From Paraspadella gotoi (lineage: Eukaryota > Animalia > Chaetognatha), in contig JBJCIZ010000744.1 in NCBI GenBank assembly GCA_051294375.1, positions 1 to 60,532 of the forward strand: a stretch of 60,532 bases of DNA, read 5' to 3'. Below the pieces are notes generated by a model, which made no database searches, had not been told where the DNA came from, and saw nothing but the letters and a program-made list of their open reading frames with translations. The position numbers were made by a program, and so were the translations under genes. Below, piece after piece: positions 44,197 through 56,911 of this stretch. Each line of letters begins with the position of its first letter. Within the stretch, counting starts at the first letter, position 1.

Positions 44197-46570
44197 TTTT
44201 CTTTTTTCTTTTTTCTTTTTTTTTTCTTTTTTTTCTTTTTCTTTTCTTTTTTCTTCTATCTTTCTTTCTTTCCTTTTCTTTATTTGTTTGTTTCTTTCTT
44301 TCTTTCCTTTATTTTTTTTCTGTCTATCTTTCGTCCTTTTCTTTCTCTTTTCTTCCTTCCTTCCTTCATTTCTACCCATATCTTCTTCTCTTTCCTTTCC
44401 TTTCCTTCTTTCCTCCCTCAGCGCCCATGCGCTTCTCGTTTCGCCTCCGCGGCCGCCATTTTTTTTTCTCTCTTCGTTCCGCTGTTCTTTTTTTTCGCCC
44501 CCTGGTTGACTTTTCGGGCAAAAAGCCTTTTGCCAGTTTGTTGCCCTTTTGTTCCTCCCAAAATTTTTTTTCCTCCTAGAGTAAAAAAAAATTTGTTTCC
44601 GAAAAAAAAGTAGAAAACGACGTCGAGGCTCTCATGCACAAATTGCACCATAGCTCATGGCGCAGTGCAATGGCATTTGCACGTGGTCTACGAACTTCGA
44701 AGTCAAATGAAGAACTAACGAAACAAAGGAACAGCAATACCCTGTATCGACGATAATTTTTGAAAAAAATGGCTGTTCGAATCTTTTCTACAATTCTACG
44801 ACATTCAAATGATTGGTAGATTGATAATAAGTAGTCAGTGTTATTTTTTAAAACTGAGTCAGCATTTTCTACCATAAACTTTACATTACGGCACAAATTC
44901 GTACAATATGATATCATGTGATATCATACGTTTCAAACATATAAGCCAGCACACAACGGGGATTGCTCACCATTTTCTCGCCAAAAAAAAAAAGCCAACG
45001 CCATTTTTCGCTTTTCTCTCTTGCGCCGAACGTCATCATCCAACGCCAACTCTGCGCCACCGAAGTAAACACGTTTAGCATCACGTCCCTCGCGTCCTTC
45101 GTGCACGAAGCGACATCTCTCGTCAAAAATAAAAGTCCCTTTCCTCTTTCCGTTCGTTTTGTCTTTTCCTCGCATTACGGACCACACCACTTTGTAACTC
45201 TCTACGCCCCTTCGCCACAACTCTTCCACACGCCTTCACATACCTCCACATCTCGTTCCCACTTTTCTGCACTCAGACCACACTCGATCACACTCCTTTA
45301 CACTCCACACTCGATCACACTCCTTCACACCACTTTATCCCCTCTCCACCCTTCTAGACCCCCTTCCACAATTATCTACACCTGTCCACACCCCTTAATC
45401 TCACCTGTGGTGACCCATGTGGGCGGGGTGACCCACGTGTTGACCGTGACTCATGGCGCCCGGAACGCCGCGACCGTCCGGAAGCGTCATTCCTGGTTGG
45501 AGGGAATTAGGATTTTATAGACAATTGGTAAAATATTTAATGATTTAGAAAAGAAAGTTGGTATTCATGATCAGCGTTCAATATATTATTATATAAATTA
45601 TTCATTGTTTCTTTCTGTTCGTTATAATTGGATAATTAACAAAAGGCGAGTTTTAGTTTTGTTTCAAATCCGGTAATGTTTAATGACATGCAAGGACATA
45701 ATTACAACAAAGTCGAAATATGTCCGTTTTTGTCATTGAACGAAAATGAAACAAGTCTTTCGTTAAGTCTATTGTCTGAAAACTCAGCGTTTTAGGAATA
45801 GATATATAATAGATATAATAGATATAATTATTATATTATACATTATAATCATAAAACCTAAATCTTAAAAAATAGCGACAAAGATATCATTTTTAAGATA
45901 TCATTTTCTTTTCTCCCCTTTTTTCCCCCTGACGAAGAAGCGGAAGATTAGATCAGCGGGATGAAGAAAACAAACTCGGCAAAAAACAACAAGGAACTCA
46001 CTCTCTCTCTCGTGTTTATTGCCTCTCTCTCTCTCTCTTTCTCTCTTCTTCCTCTTCTCTCTCTACTCTCCATTCATCGTCTCTCATCTCTCCTCTCTCT
46101 TCCTCTCTCTCTCTCTTAGCGTGCGGTGTGGAGATTAAAATATTGATATTCGACGAAGCGCGGGAAAACTTACGGCAGGAACCAGCGTCTCACGCAGCGG
46201 GGGAGTAGAAAAGGGAGAGAGAGGAGGGATGGGGAAAGAAGGGAGAGGGGAGAGAGATAGGGGGAGTATAGGGGGGAGAGAGGGAGAGGGGGGAGGAAGG
46301 AGGGAGAATGGGTCTACGAAGGAAGAAGGAGCGAAACTAAATGTTTATTAGACAATAGACACGTTGATATAAGAGAGCGGTCCTTTTATACAATTAAAAC
46401 ATTCCTCAAAACATTATACCACTTCATTGTTAATTATACTTTTAATTATTCTTCATTCTACATTTAGTAAGAAAGATATTTTCTCAAAGTAAGGAGAGAT
46501 GGGTAAGGGGAAAGAAATCATTTAGAGAAGAGATTTCCGCTGAATGAAATGAAATGTCTTCAAGGGGAAA

Positions 46571-46892
46571 AAATGTACTGACACTGCTTAATAGAATAAG
46601 AACAGGGTCCCAAACTATGAAACAAATGTACTGACACTGCTTAATAGAATAAGAACAGGGACCCAAACTATGAAACAAATGTACTGACACTGCTTAATAG
46701 AATAAGAACAGGGACCCAAACTATGAAACAAATGTACTGACACTGCTTAATAGAATAAGAACAGGGACCCAAACTATGAAACAAATGTACTGACACTGCT
46801 TAATAGAATAAGAACAGGGACCCAAACTATGAAACAAATGTACTGACACTGCTTAATAGAATAAGAACAGGGACCCAAACTAAGGAAACAAA
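46571..46892. repeat. Near-perfect 53-bp tandem repeat, 6 copies
   Basis: tgtactgacactgc starts at 46574, 46627, 46680, 46733, 46786 and 46839, a period of 53. Confidence 0.97.
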
Positions 46893-47124
46893 CTCGGGAT
46901 CAAAGTCTTCAGTCTTCAGTCTTCACCTAAAATAATAAAATCGCTAAGTTGCAAATCTTGAGAAAACTTGTTTGAATTGTCTATGTATTTTTTATTTCTG
47001 TTTGTTTAATAAGTTTAACTGAAAGATAATTCAAATAAGATAAAGAAATCGAGGAGGAAAATCCCGTTAGAGAAGAAAGATTTTACTTTGCGCTTTTCTT
47101 CGCTTTCTCTGCCTTTTTCCATCT

Positions 47125-47159
<35 letters not shown>

Positions 47160-47162
<3 letters not shown>

Positions 47163-48090
47163 CACACTTCCTTCCATTGTTTCGGCTATCCTCGCCCATG
47201 CAGCCACTCCTGTCCATGTTCGACTCTTCCGCATCATGCCACTCCTTCGACATGTCGCTTTTCCTCCCATGCATGCCACTCCTTCCCATGATCGCGTTTC
47301 ACTGCCCCCTGCATGCCACTCCTTCCAGTGTCTGCGCTTCCTTCCCCCTGCATGCCACTCCATTCCATTGCGCTTTCCTCCGCCCAGCATGCCACTTCCT
47401 TCATGTCGCTTTGCCTCCCCATGCAATGCCACTCCTTCCATGTCGCTTCCTCACCCAGGCATGCCACTCACTTCCAGTCGCTCACTCCCCATGCATGCCA
47501 CTCCATTCCATGTCGCCCCTCCCCCTGCATGCCATCCTTCCATGTCGCTTTCCTCCCATGCATGCCACTCCATTCCCTGTCGTTCCTCCCCCTGCATGCA
47601 CTACCTTCCCGTTATCGCTTCCTCCCCCTGCATTTTAACCACTCTTTCCATGTTCGCTTCCTCACCCGCATGCCACTCGTTTTCCATTTCGCTTCTCCCC
47701 ATGCATGCACCACATCCTTCATGTCGCTTCCTCACCCGTGCATGACCACGTCTTTCGCATGTCGCTTCCCTCCCCTGATGGCCACTCACCTTCCATGTCG
47801 CTTCCTCCCCCTGCCATGCCAGCTCCGTTCCCATGTCGCTTCCATCCCCCTGCAGCCACTCTGTTCTGTCGCTTCTTTCCCTTCTACATGCCCACTCCTT
47901 TCCCTTGGTCGCTTCCTCCCCCTGCATGCCACTCTTTCCCCTATCGACTTCCTGCCCCCTTCATGCCCACTCGCTTCCATGTCGCTTTTCGTGCACCTGC
48001 ATGCCCACGTTCTCCCTGTCGCTTTCCCCTGCCCCTTGCATGGACACATCTATTCCTGTCGCTTTCCTCCCCTGCATGCCACTGCCTTCC
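47160..48090. repeat. Degenerate minisatellite, about 35-38-bp unit (catgccactccttccatgtcgcttcctccccctg), roughly 25 copies
   Basis: catgccact and tgtcgctt recur throughout. This explains the overlapping P/L/H/C-rich ORFs. Confidence 0.92.
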
Positions 48091-49970
48091 CGTGTCTACG
48101 CCCTAACTTACCCTCTTCTTCTCCTTACCCCCCTCCTTCATGTCCTACCTCCTCCTCCACCCCCCACCGCAAACACTCGCCCCTCGGGGCAAACGAAGGC
48201 CTAAAAGCGGCAGTGCAAAGGGGGAAGGGACAGGGCCCAAGGTGTAGGGGGAGAAGTTGATAGAAATAAACGAGGGGAAAATCGATGCCACGAAAGAGAA
48301 GCGACGATTGGAAGAGACGGAACACCAATGGGAAAGACCAATGGAAACCAATCCGAGTCGCCAATTGGTCGCCCCGAGGCAAACGAACGATGACATACGG
48401 TTTTTTGTGTACAGCAGAGTTGCGACGATGAGAGATAGAGAGGAGACGGAAATGCACAAAGGGAGACGGAGAAGAGAGGAGAGGATTCAAAGAGAGAGAA
48501 GAGATAGACGAGGAGAGAGAATGTACGGATCGAGCGGGAGGGACACGGAGATGGAGAGAGAGAGAGGAGACCAGAGAGAGCATGACTTTTAGACTCATCA
48601 GTATCGACGTAGTAGATAGAGAGAGGAGAAGAGGAGAGAGAGAGAGAGAGAGAGGAGAGAGAGGCGAAAAGCCAATCACTTCCCGTCTCATATTCTCTCT
48701 CTCCGACCCNNNNNNNNNNNNNNNNNNNNNNNNNNNNNNNNNNNNNNNNNNNNNNNNNNNNNNNNNNNNNNNNNNNNNNNNNNNNNNNNNNNNNNNNNNN
48801 NNNNNNNNNNNNNNNNNNNNNNNNNNNNNNNNNNNNNNNNNNNNNNNNNNNNNNNNNNNNNNNNNNNNNNNNNNNNNNNNNNNNNNNNNNNNNNNNNNNN
48901 NNNNNNNNNNNNNNNNNNNNNNNNNNNNNNNNNNNNNNNNNNNNNNNNNNNNNNNNNNNNNNNNNNNNNNNNNNNNNNNNNNNNNNNNNNNNNNNNNNNN
49001 NNNNNNNNNNNNNNNNNNNNNNNNNNNNNNNNNNNNNNNNNNNNNNNNNNNNNNNNNNNNNNNNNNNNNNNNNNNNNNNNNNNNNNNNNNNNNNNNNNNN
49101 NNNNNNNNNNNNNNNNNNNNNNNNNNNNNNNNNNNNNNNNNNNACTCTCTCTCTCTCAAGCTTTCTCAATCTTTGTGCGTCTCCATTTTCTCGTTATATT
49201 TCTTTTATTCTAATTGATATCTTTATTGTTACCCAGTTTCCAGAGGTAAGTTGCACAAATGACCTTTTGTTTTAAACGGCGATACACAGATACTCGTGCA
49301 GCTCCTGTTTCTGCTGCTTCTGGCTCTGCTGTTGTTGAATCTGCTGTTGCTGGATCTGCTGTTGCTGGATAAGCAGTTTTACCACCATTGAAAAAAATCA
49401 ATTTAGAAAATGTCCTTCTTCTCCACTCTCTCCCTCTCTTTCTCACTCTCTCCCTCTCTTTCTCACTCTCTCCCTCTCTCTCTCTTTCTCACTTATCCCA
49501 TCTCTCTCTCTTTTTCTTCAACTCATCCTTTCGCTCTCTCCCTTTTCCCAAATCTCTCGCTTTCCATCTCCCTCTCTCTCACTCTCTCTCTCTCTTTTCT
49601 TATGGATGGGGCATTTTCTTAATGCATTTCAAAGTTGGACTCAAAATTGCGACGCGTCGATCCGAAACTCCCGCCTTTTTTTCCCGCCATCCGCCGCTGT
49701 CACCGCCGCCGCAGCAGTCGCCACAGCTACAGCCACAGCCGCCACGGCTACAACGCAGCATCCGAAGCAACGTCGTATTCTACATCAATACATCGCTACA
49801 TCATTTCATCCATAAAGTCCAGCACTAAGTCAACCATCCGATGCCACCTCGAACCAGAGTCATATTTGTCTTTTTAAAAGTTTCCGCCATTTTGAAGCAA
49901 TTATCCTTCGTCGTTGTGGGCATTCTTTTGTTTTTATCCACATCTAAATACAAAATTGGCTCCGTTTTTT

Positions 49971-50028
49971 CCACAGTCTCGACCACAGCCTCGACCACAG
50001 CCTCGATCACAGCCTCGACCACAGCCTC
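49971..50028. repeat. 12-bp tandem repeat (ccacagcctcga)n running into a gap
   Basis: Directly visible. Confidence 0.9.
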
Positions 50029-50605
50029 NNNNNNNNNNNNNNNNNNNNNNNNNNNNNNNNNNNNNNNNNNNNNNNNNNNNNNNNNNNNNNNNNNNNNNNN
50101 NNNNNNNNNNNNNNNNNNNNNNNNNNNNNNNNNNNNNNNNNNNNNNNNNNNNNNNNNNNNNNNNNNNNNNNNNNNNNNNNNNNNNNNNNNNNNNNNNNNN
50201 NNNNNNNNNNNNNNNNNNNNNNNNNNNNNNNNNNNNNNNNNNNNNNNNNNNNNNNNNNNNNNNNNNNNNNNNNNNNNNNNNNNNNNNNNNNNNNNNNNNN
50301 NNNNNNNNNNGAGGCAAGCAATTTTTTCGCGCGCTTCTGTGTGTGTGAGAGAGAGCGATTGCGTGTGTGATTCTCAGTTTGTGTGAGGGAATTTATGTGT
50401 GTCAATGCGCGTGTGCTTAAGTCTTGTCTTCTATAAAAAGATAATTCTCTTTTAAAAAAAGAGTTGGGGGGAAAAAAAAAGAACGGAACAACACAGCCTA
50501 ATTTTTTTTTCCTTTTTCAAAGTAATGATTATGATAATGTTTAAATATAAAGAGGTATATATAAGAAATAAAAAATTTTATTCGCATCATACTTCCATAC
50601 ATTCA

Positions 50606-50770
<165 letters not shown>

Positions 50771-51852
50771 TTAGAATTTTAACGATTAGCTTCATGAAAA
50801 TAAAAATAATTATATTTATACAAGCGGTCAATGTGGAAGACGTTACAATTTTACAATTTGTTTTAAAAAAACGGTTCTGTTGTCTGCCACTCACTCTCTT
50901 CCTGTTCCAACGTAAAAAGAGCAAACCGGGTGATAAACAAAGAGAGAGAGAGAGAGAGAGANNNNNNNNNNNNNNNNNNNNNNNNNNNNNNNNNNNNNNN
51001 NNNNNNNNNNNNNNNNNNNNNNNNNNNNNNNNNNNNNNNNNNNNNNNNNNNNNNNNNNNNNNNNNNNNNNNNNNNNNNNNNNNNNNNNNNNNNNNNNNNN
51101 NNNNNNNNNNNNNNNNNNNNNNNNNNNNNNNNNNNNNNNNNNNNNNNNNNNNNNNNNNNNNNNNNNNNNNNNNNNNNNNNNNNNNNNNNNNNNNNNNNNN
51201 NNNNNNNNNNNNNNNNNNNNNNNNNNNNNNNNNNNNNNNNNNNNNNNNNNNNNNNNNNNNNNNNNNNNNNNNNNNNNNNNNNNNNNNNNNNNNNNNNNNN
51301 NNNNNNNNNNNNNNNNNNNNNNNNNNNNNNNNNNNNNNNNNNNNNNNNNNNNNNNNNNNNNNNNNNNNNNNNNNNNNNNNNNNNNNNNNNNNNNNNNNNN
51401 NNNNNNNNNNNNNNNNNNNNNNNNNNNNNNNNNNNNNNNNNNNNNNNNNNNNNNNNNNNNNNNNNNNNNNNNNNNNNNNNNNNNNGAAAGTAAAGAAAGA
51501 AAAGAAAAGAAAGAAAGAAGAAAGAAAGAAAGCAAAACAGAATAGCACAAAATCTTCTAAGCAACAACCCAAAAAAAACAAAACTTGACACATAATAAAC
51601 AAATATGGATAAAAAACAAAATTGAAATGAATATTAAAAATAAGGCCAGCGACTCAATTCCGATTCCCAGATTTTGCATCTAAATTAATTTGCAAACAAA
51701 AAGAAAACGGAAAATATATCAAAACAAAACAGAAACAGAAAAAAAAACAACAACAAAAAAAACTAAAAACTGAAAATCTAAATAATAAAAATAAACGTCT
51801 AAATTGGAAAATATTTGTCGCGAGAGAGAGAAGAGAGAGATGAGAGAGAAGA

Positions 51853-51906
<54 letters not shown>

Positions 51907-52685
51907 TGAGTTATTGCGTCGCCGCCCACTTTGCCTCGCGAAGAAAATAGAAAAACAGACGAAACGCAATTCAAGTCATAAATCGAAATTGTCGTTGTTG
52001 TTGTCGTTGTTGTCGTCGTCGTTGTTGTCGTTGTTGTTGTCGTCGTCGTCCTTTTCGTCTTAGACTCAGTTGTCTTCATCCTCGTTTTCGTCGTCGTTTT
52101 CGTCTTTTTTTCCTCATCTTTGTCGCCCTTGTTCTTCTCCTAAGTTTTAGAGCCAGCGAGACGCCCCTGGCGGCAGGAGAAAAAAATTGAAGCTAAACAA
52201 CAACAACAACAACGAGATTCGACCGACGACTCCTTACACGGTTTTTTTTAATTACGCGAAAAAAAATATGTTTCGTCTTTTTGTTTTGTCTTTTGTTTTC
52301 TCGATCGGGAATCTGCGATTGAGTTTCTTTCCTTTTTCTTTCCTTTTTCTTTCCTTTTTCTTTCCTTTTTCTTTCCTTTTTTCTTTCCTCTTTTTGTTTC
52401 CGTCATCGAGACATAGTGACTTTTTTTGACAAGTTGAAAACCATTTTAAAATATTGTTTATTTGTTTTTAATCTTTACAGTTACATAATGATATTACTTT
52501 TTTTCGGACTTAGACTTTGAAATGCTTGTACGTTTTACTGAATGTTTTCATTAAATTAACCATTGGAATAAAAAAAACAATTTTCCCTTTTTTTCTACTA
52601 CTTTATAACTTTTTTTGTATAATTTATTATTTTCCCCCCACCTCAACATTTTCTTCTTTGCAGTTCTGTTCTACCTTCCAAAATA

Positions 52686-52770
52686 AACCAATATAAACCA
52701 ATATAAAAATAACCATTCATTTAATAAATAAATAAAGTTAATAAACTATCTTGCTCCTAACTTTGAGTTT
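52686..52770 (+). repeat. Partial copy of the same dispersed repeat
   Basis: aaccaatataaaaataaccattcatttaataaata...ctatcttgctcctaactttg, matching 14661-14720. Confidence 0.7.
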
Positions 52771-52840
52771 GTTTTTTTTCTAATCATTCTTTTCGTCTTT
52801 ATTCTTTCTTTTCCTTACTTCTCGATTTCTTTCCTTTTTC

Positions 52841-52879
<39 letters not shown>

Positions 52880-55800
52880 TATCACCACCCGCCCTGATTT
52901 TTGGATCTTCCGAATGCATTCATTAAAATTCTAACCGTGCCAAACTAATTACATCAAATACACATCATTTTGCGCCTTCGATGTTGTATGATGCGAGTCG
53001 ATCGACCACTTCCACATTGTCGAAGTTATGTGCGGCCCGTCTCAGGATCTGCGTTTTAAAACTAGAATTTTCCTTTCTAAAACGAGAGAACAACAACGGA
53101 CAGCAAAAAGCCATTTCAAGGGCGAGCCCTCGAACGGCGGTTTGAATTTCTCGATCCACTCTGATCCAACTAATCGATCATATATTTTTCAGGCCCTCTT
53201 CACCCAGCGAAACTCATTTTTTTCCAATCCCGTTCAAACGAATCTCTCGGTTCCTTGACTTCACAGCAGGTTCACAACCCAGTTTTACCATTTTACTGCG
53301 AACTACGGTAGGCGCACCCAATTATCTAATCCCACGCCGCCGCGCGTTAAAATAAATATAAAATTGTTTCTAGTCAGATGAGATTTGCCTCGTTAGTGAT
53401 CACGCCAGGTTGAATAAAACTTTCTTTTTGTGGCCAAGAACGCCTAAACCAACTCTGATTTGTTTTATTTAAAATTTCTTATGTTTTTAACTTCATGAAT
53501 AGATGATATAGTAAGAAAACTGATGATCAGAAAAAAAACATGCTAAAAAAAACTCTGATATTATCACATTACACTTACATCTGTTCTCTGCCGTCTTTCG
53601 TCTTCTCCCTGTAGCTATGGTGTTTCTCTTCTTCTCTCTCCTCTCTCTCTCCTCTCTCTCTCTCACTCTTCTCCTTTAATCTCGTCTCTCTCTCGCTCTA
53701 ACAAAACGGTAACGTTCGCATTGTTCATTCCGCTCTCATGCGCGAGGGAAGAGTTGATGATAGAAGAACAACAAAAAAAAGGAGGAAAGATCTAGCTCAT
53801 AAAAATCTCAAAAGAGAAAGAAATTGGAATCGATGGCCACAAAGAAAAATTAATCTTTTTTTTCTGGGAAATCCGGAAAAAAAAAAGAAGGAGGGAGGGG
53901 GACGGGGGCGAGTCGGAATTGGTTCAACGGAAAATGTTTGAGAACGCGGATCGGAACTCATCGAAATAGCAGCAAAGAACGAATATGTTGTGGTTTTAGG
54001 TTTTTAAGTTTGTTGTTGCCAGAAGCGAAGAACTTTGTGTTGTTGAAAATTTGCGTACGATGTAATTGGAAATTTTTTTTTTTGGTTGGAAAGAAACCGA
54101 TGCTGGTTAGATTAGTTCTAAACGATAAACAAATGGTCAAATTTGGAATGAATTTATTTGCAGAACAAATGAAAAGAAAAAGTTATTTACAAAAAAAAAG
54201 ACTTAGCCGTCTCATTTTGAGGGCCTCTTCAAAATTTTAACGGTTAGCTCAAGTTTGTATATTACAAAGTAAGTATTCAGTTAAGGAAGAGGTGTCTCGG
54301 GCCTTTCTATACAAACAGCTTCAAAGCCTGTGTTTCTTTTATTTTTTGACGCTCCATTTTTTCCGAGGCCGACGGGTGAAAAAAAGACACGTTTTCAATC
54401 TGGCCACAATTGTATGCCACATTTGGTAATATGGTTTATTAGTGGCGAGGGAATGATTTGTTTTCCACAACAAAACGTATGATTAAAAAATCACAAGGGA
54501 GGAGAATTTGCGAGATGAAAGATTTTCTTTGCATTTTGATTCACATGCGATCAAAACAAACGAGCCCTCTGTTTTTCTTAAAAACAAAAAAAAAAGAACA
54601 GTTCGTCACGAACGAATCCCTCCAATACTGTCTCGAAAAAAAGACGCAAATTGACTGGAACCAAAACAAATATTAAATTTCCCAATCAGACGAAAACATT
54701 TCAGAAATCCATCGACAATTGTTGACACCCTTTTCGCAGTTTCCGCGGTTTGGTTTCTACCCCCCGGGGGACGAAAATAATACCAAAGCCAACCGAAAAA
54801 AGTTTTATAGCTGCGAATGTTGGAAAACAAGAGTCAATCAACACGTGAATGATCGAGTCAAAGGAAATGTATTTTCAGCTAACGCGGTCTCGGCGCGGTC
54901 GCCGTGAGTGGAGAGAGTGAGAGTGCGCGCCCTTATCAAAAATAAAAAAAGCGCTTCCTCAATCATTTTCTTCTTATACAATGGAATAAAATAAAACTTT
55001 TTCGACGTTTGCACTTGCTTTGAAAACAATTTTATAAAATAAATTTTCTCTACGCCTCCCTTACAGGGCCTATTAGAAAACCGCTGCACTTCACAACGAG
55101 GTCACACGGTGGCATGGCCAACGATCCTTGCCAATGCCAAAGTAAATCTGAATCCATTTTATTGTGTCTTTTATAACAGTTTCAAACTTTATCAGCGACG
55201 CTTAATGAGTTAACGATTGTGTAGACCGGCGACTAAATTACTAATGATCAAAGTGGATGAGAAACGAGGTTGTTTTTTTTTTCGCTTGTTTCAACGATCT
55301 GACCACCGAAGGAGGATGAGGAGGAGATGGACCCAAAACAACTCCAAACCGCTCTTTCAGCTTCTTGACCCGGGCATTTGCTCCCCGATTGGTATCGATA
55401 AGTACTGGGGTTTCTTAAGTGGCTCCGTGCTCGATTTGTTATTTTAAATCAACACAGTTAGGGAAAGAGTATCACAGTCAGAGAAAACAGTTATTTTTTT
55501 TTTGCTTTCAGGTTGTCAAAAATTAAAACCGATTTAATTTTTTTACGGTTGGAAACTACATAAAATTTATTTTAATTCGTTTATTTTTCGGACGTCATCA
55601 AAATCTCATTTTCATACAATTTGTATAAAAACGGTTTGATCGTCGCCTTCGTCTTCTCGCGCCACCTGATTCTGCTTTTCACCATCGATTTTTCACCAGC
55701 GCGCGAAAAATAGATAGAAGAGCAGCGCCCCGTGAAAAGTAGTAGAACAGCTCACCGCGAATGGAATGTTTGAGAACACGCCGCGCAATAGAAGGAGAAC

Positions 55801-56823
55801 AGCGCCGTCGAGAAGATGGTGAGAACAGCGCCTTGCATTAGATGTGAGAACAGCACCGTGAATAACCGGATACAGATGTGTGGCGTCACAAAAGGGAGCC
55901 ACAAAGCAGAGAAAAAAAGGAAAAAGAAGAAACAAGCTCTGGGCGACTTGACGGATATCAGTGTTGAAAGAAAATCGGCGTTTCAATGGGACGCCGCGAT
56001 CAAGTAATTCGGTGGAAGTCGAGAATCTGAGGCGACGCCAAATGGAGCCAGCAACGACGACGGGCTCGCCCCATAAAAATGGGCGGTTGTCGATGAGAGA
56101 CGATATTCGCGCGCGTCGCTCCAAGATGATGCGAGTAAAATCTAAGCGTAAATGACGATGAACATTTGCGACGTTATCGTAGAAACGGATGATAACATCG
56201 TGTAATAGAGTCCCCGAAGGTGCCTCTGTGCACGCTACTCGACATAGGTAGCGACGCCGGCGGATCACGTTACCGACCAAATGTTAATTAGGCAAACGGT
56301 TGCGGCCGAACGACGCGCTATTTCCCCTTCTATGACGACGAAAGGATGGGATGAACGTTGTCACTGGTGAGTTTGACTCCATTCGAAATGCAACCGATAG
56401 CGGCGGAAAGGAAGGATAAGGCAGCGGAGAGAATGTCAAACAAAAACAACGGCATTTGTTGTGAATAAAAGCAGGATTGTGGCAAAGTAAGCGAAAGACG
56501 AGTCTGGCAACTAGCAAATAAATAGCGAGAGAGTCGCGTGAGGAATATGCGCGGAAGCGCGAACGGCGATGATGAATGCTGAAGCAGGCGTCCACGAGAA
56601 AAGAGGGAAAAAAAATCATTAATCGCGGAGAAAAAGAGGAAAAATTGGCGTTGAGCGTCGACAGGAAATCGGGTCGATGGAAACTATCCGATGGTTAAAT
56701 TTCCAAAGGCGCCGAATCGAAAATTTAAAAAGCTCCGTCGCAGCGGATAAAATGTTTATAGGATTTTATTCACGCGGGAAGAAATGGAATGAGAGAAGCG
56801 TGGAGAGGAGAGTGTTAGAGGAG

Positions 56824-56911
<88 letters not shown>

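Noticed and set aside
46571-46892. CRISPR-like regular repeat
   Set aside because: The units are contiguous with no unique spacers, there are no cas genes, and the context is eukaryotic.
47067-48260. Overlapping ORFs of 100-315 aa rich in P/L/H/C
   Set aside because: They come from a degenerate minisatellite open on both strands, with no recognisable protein motif.
49285-49370. Minus-strand CAG-rich segment as the missing SoxB1 exon
   Set aside because: The splice sites I could see do not give the required phase-1-in, phase-2-out combination, and the donor is weak.
55693-56619. Higher-complexity region with 60-195-aa ORFs
   Set aside because: No recognisable domain, splice pattern or transposase motif; part of it is a short gaacagcgcc repeat.
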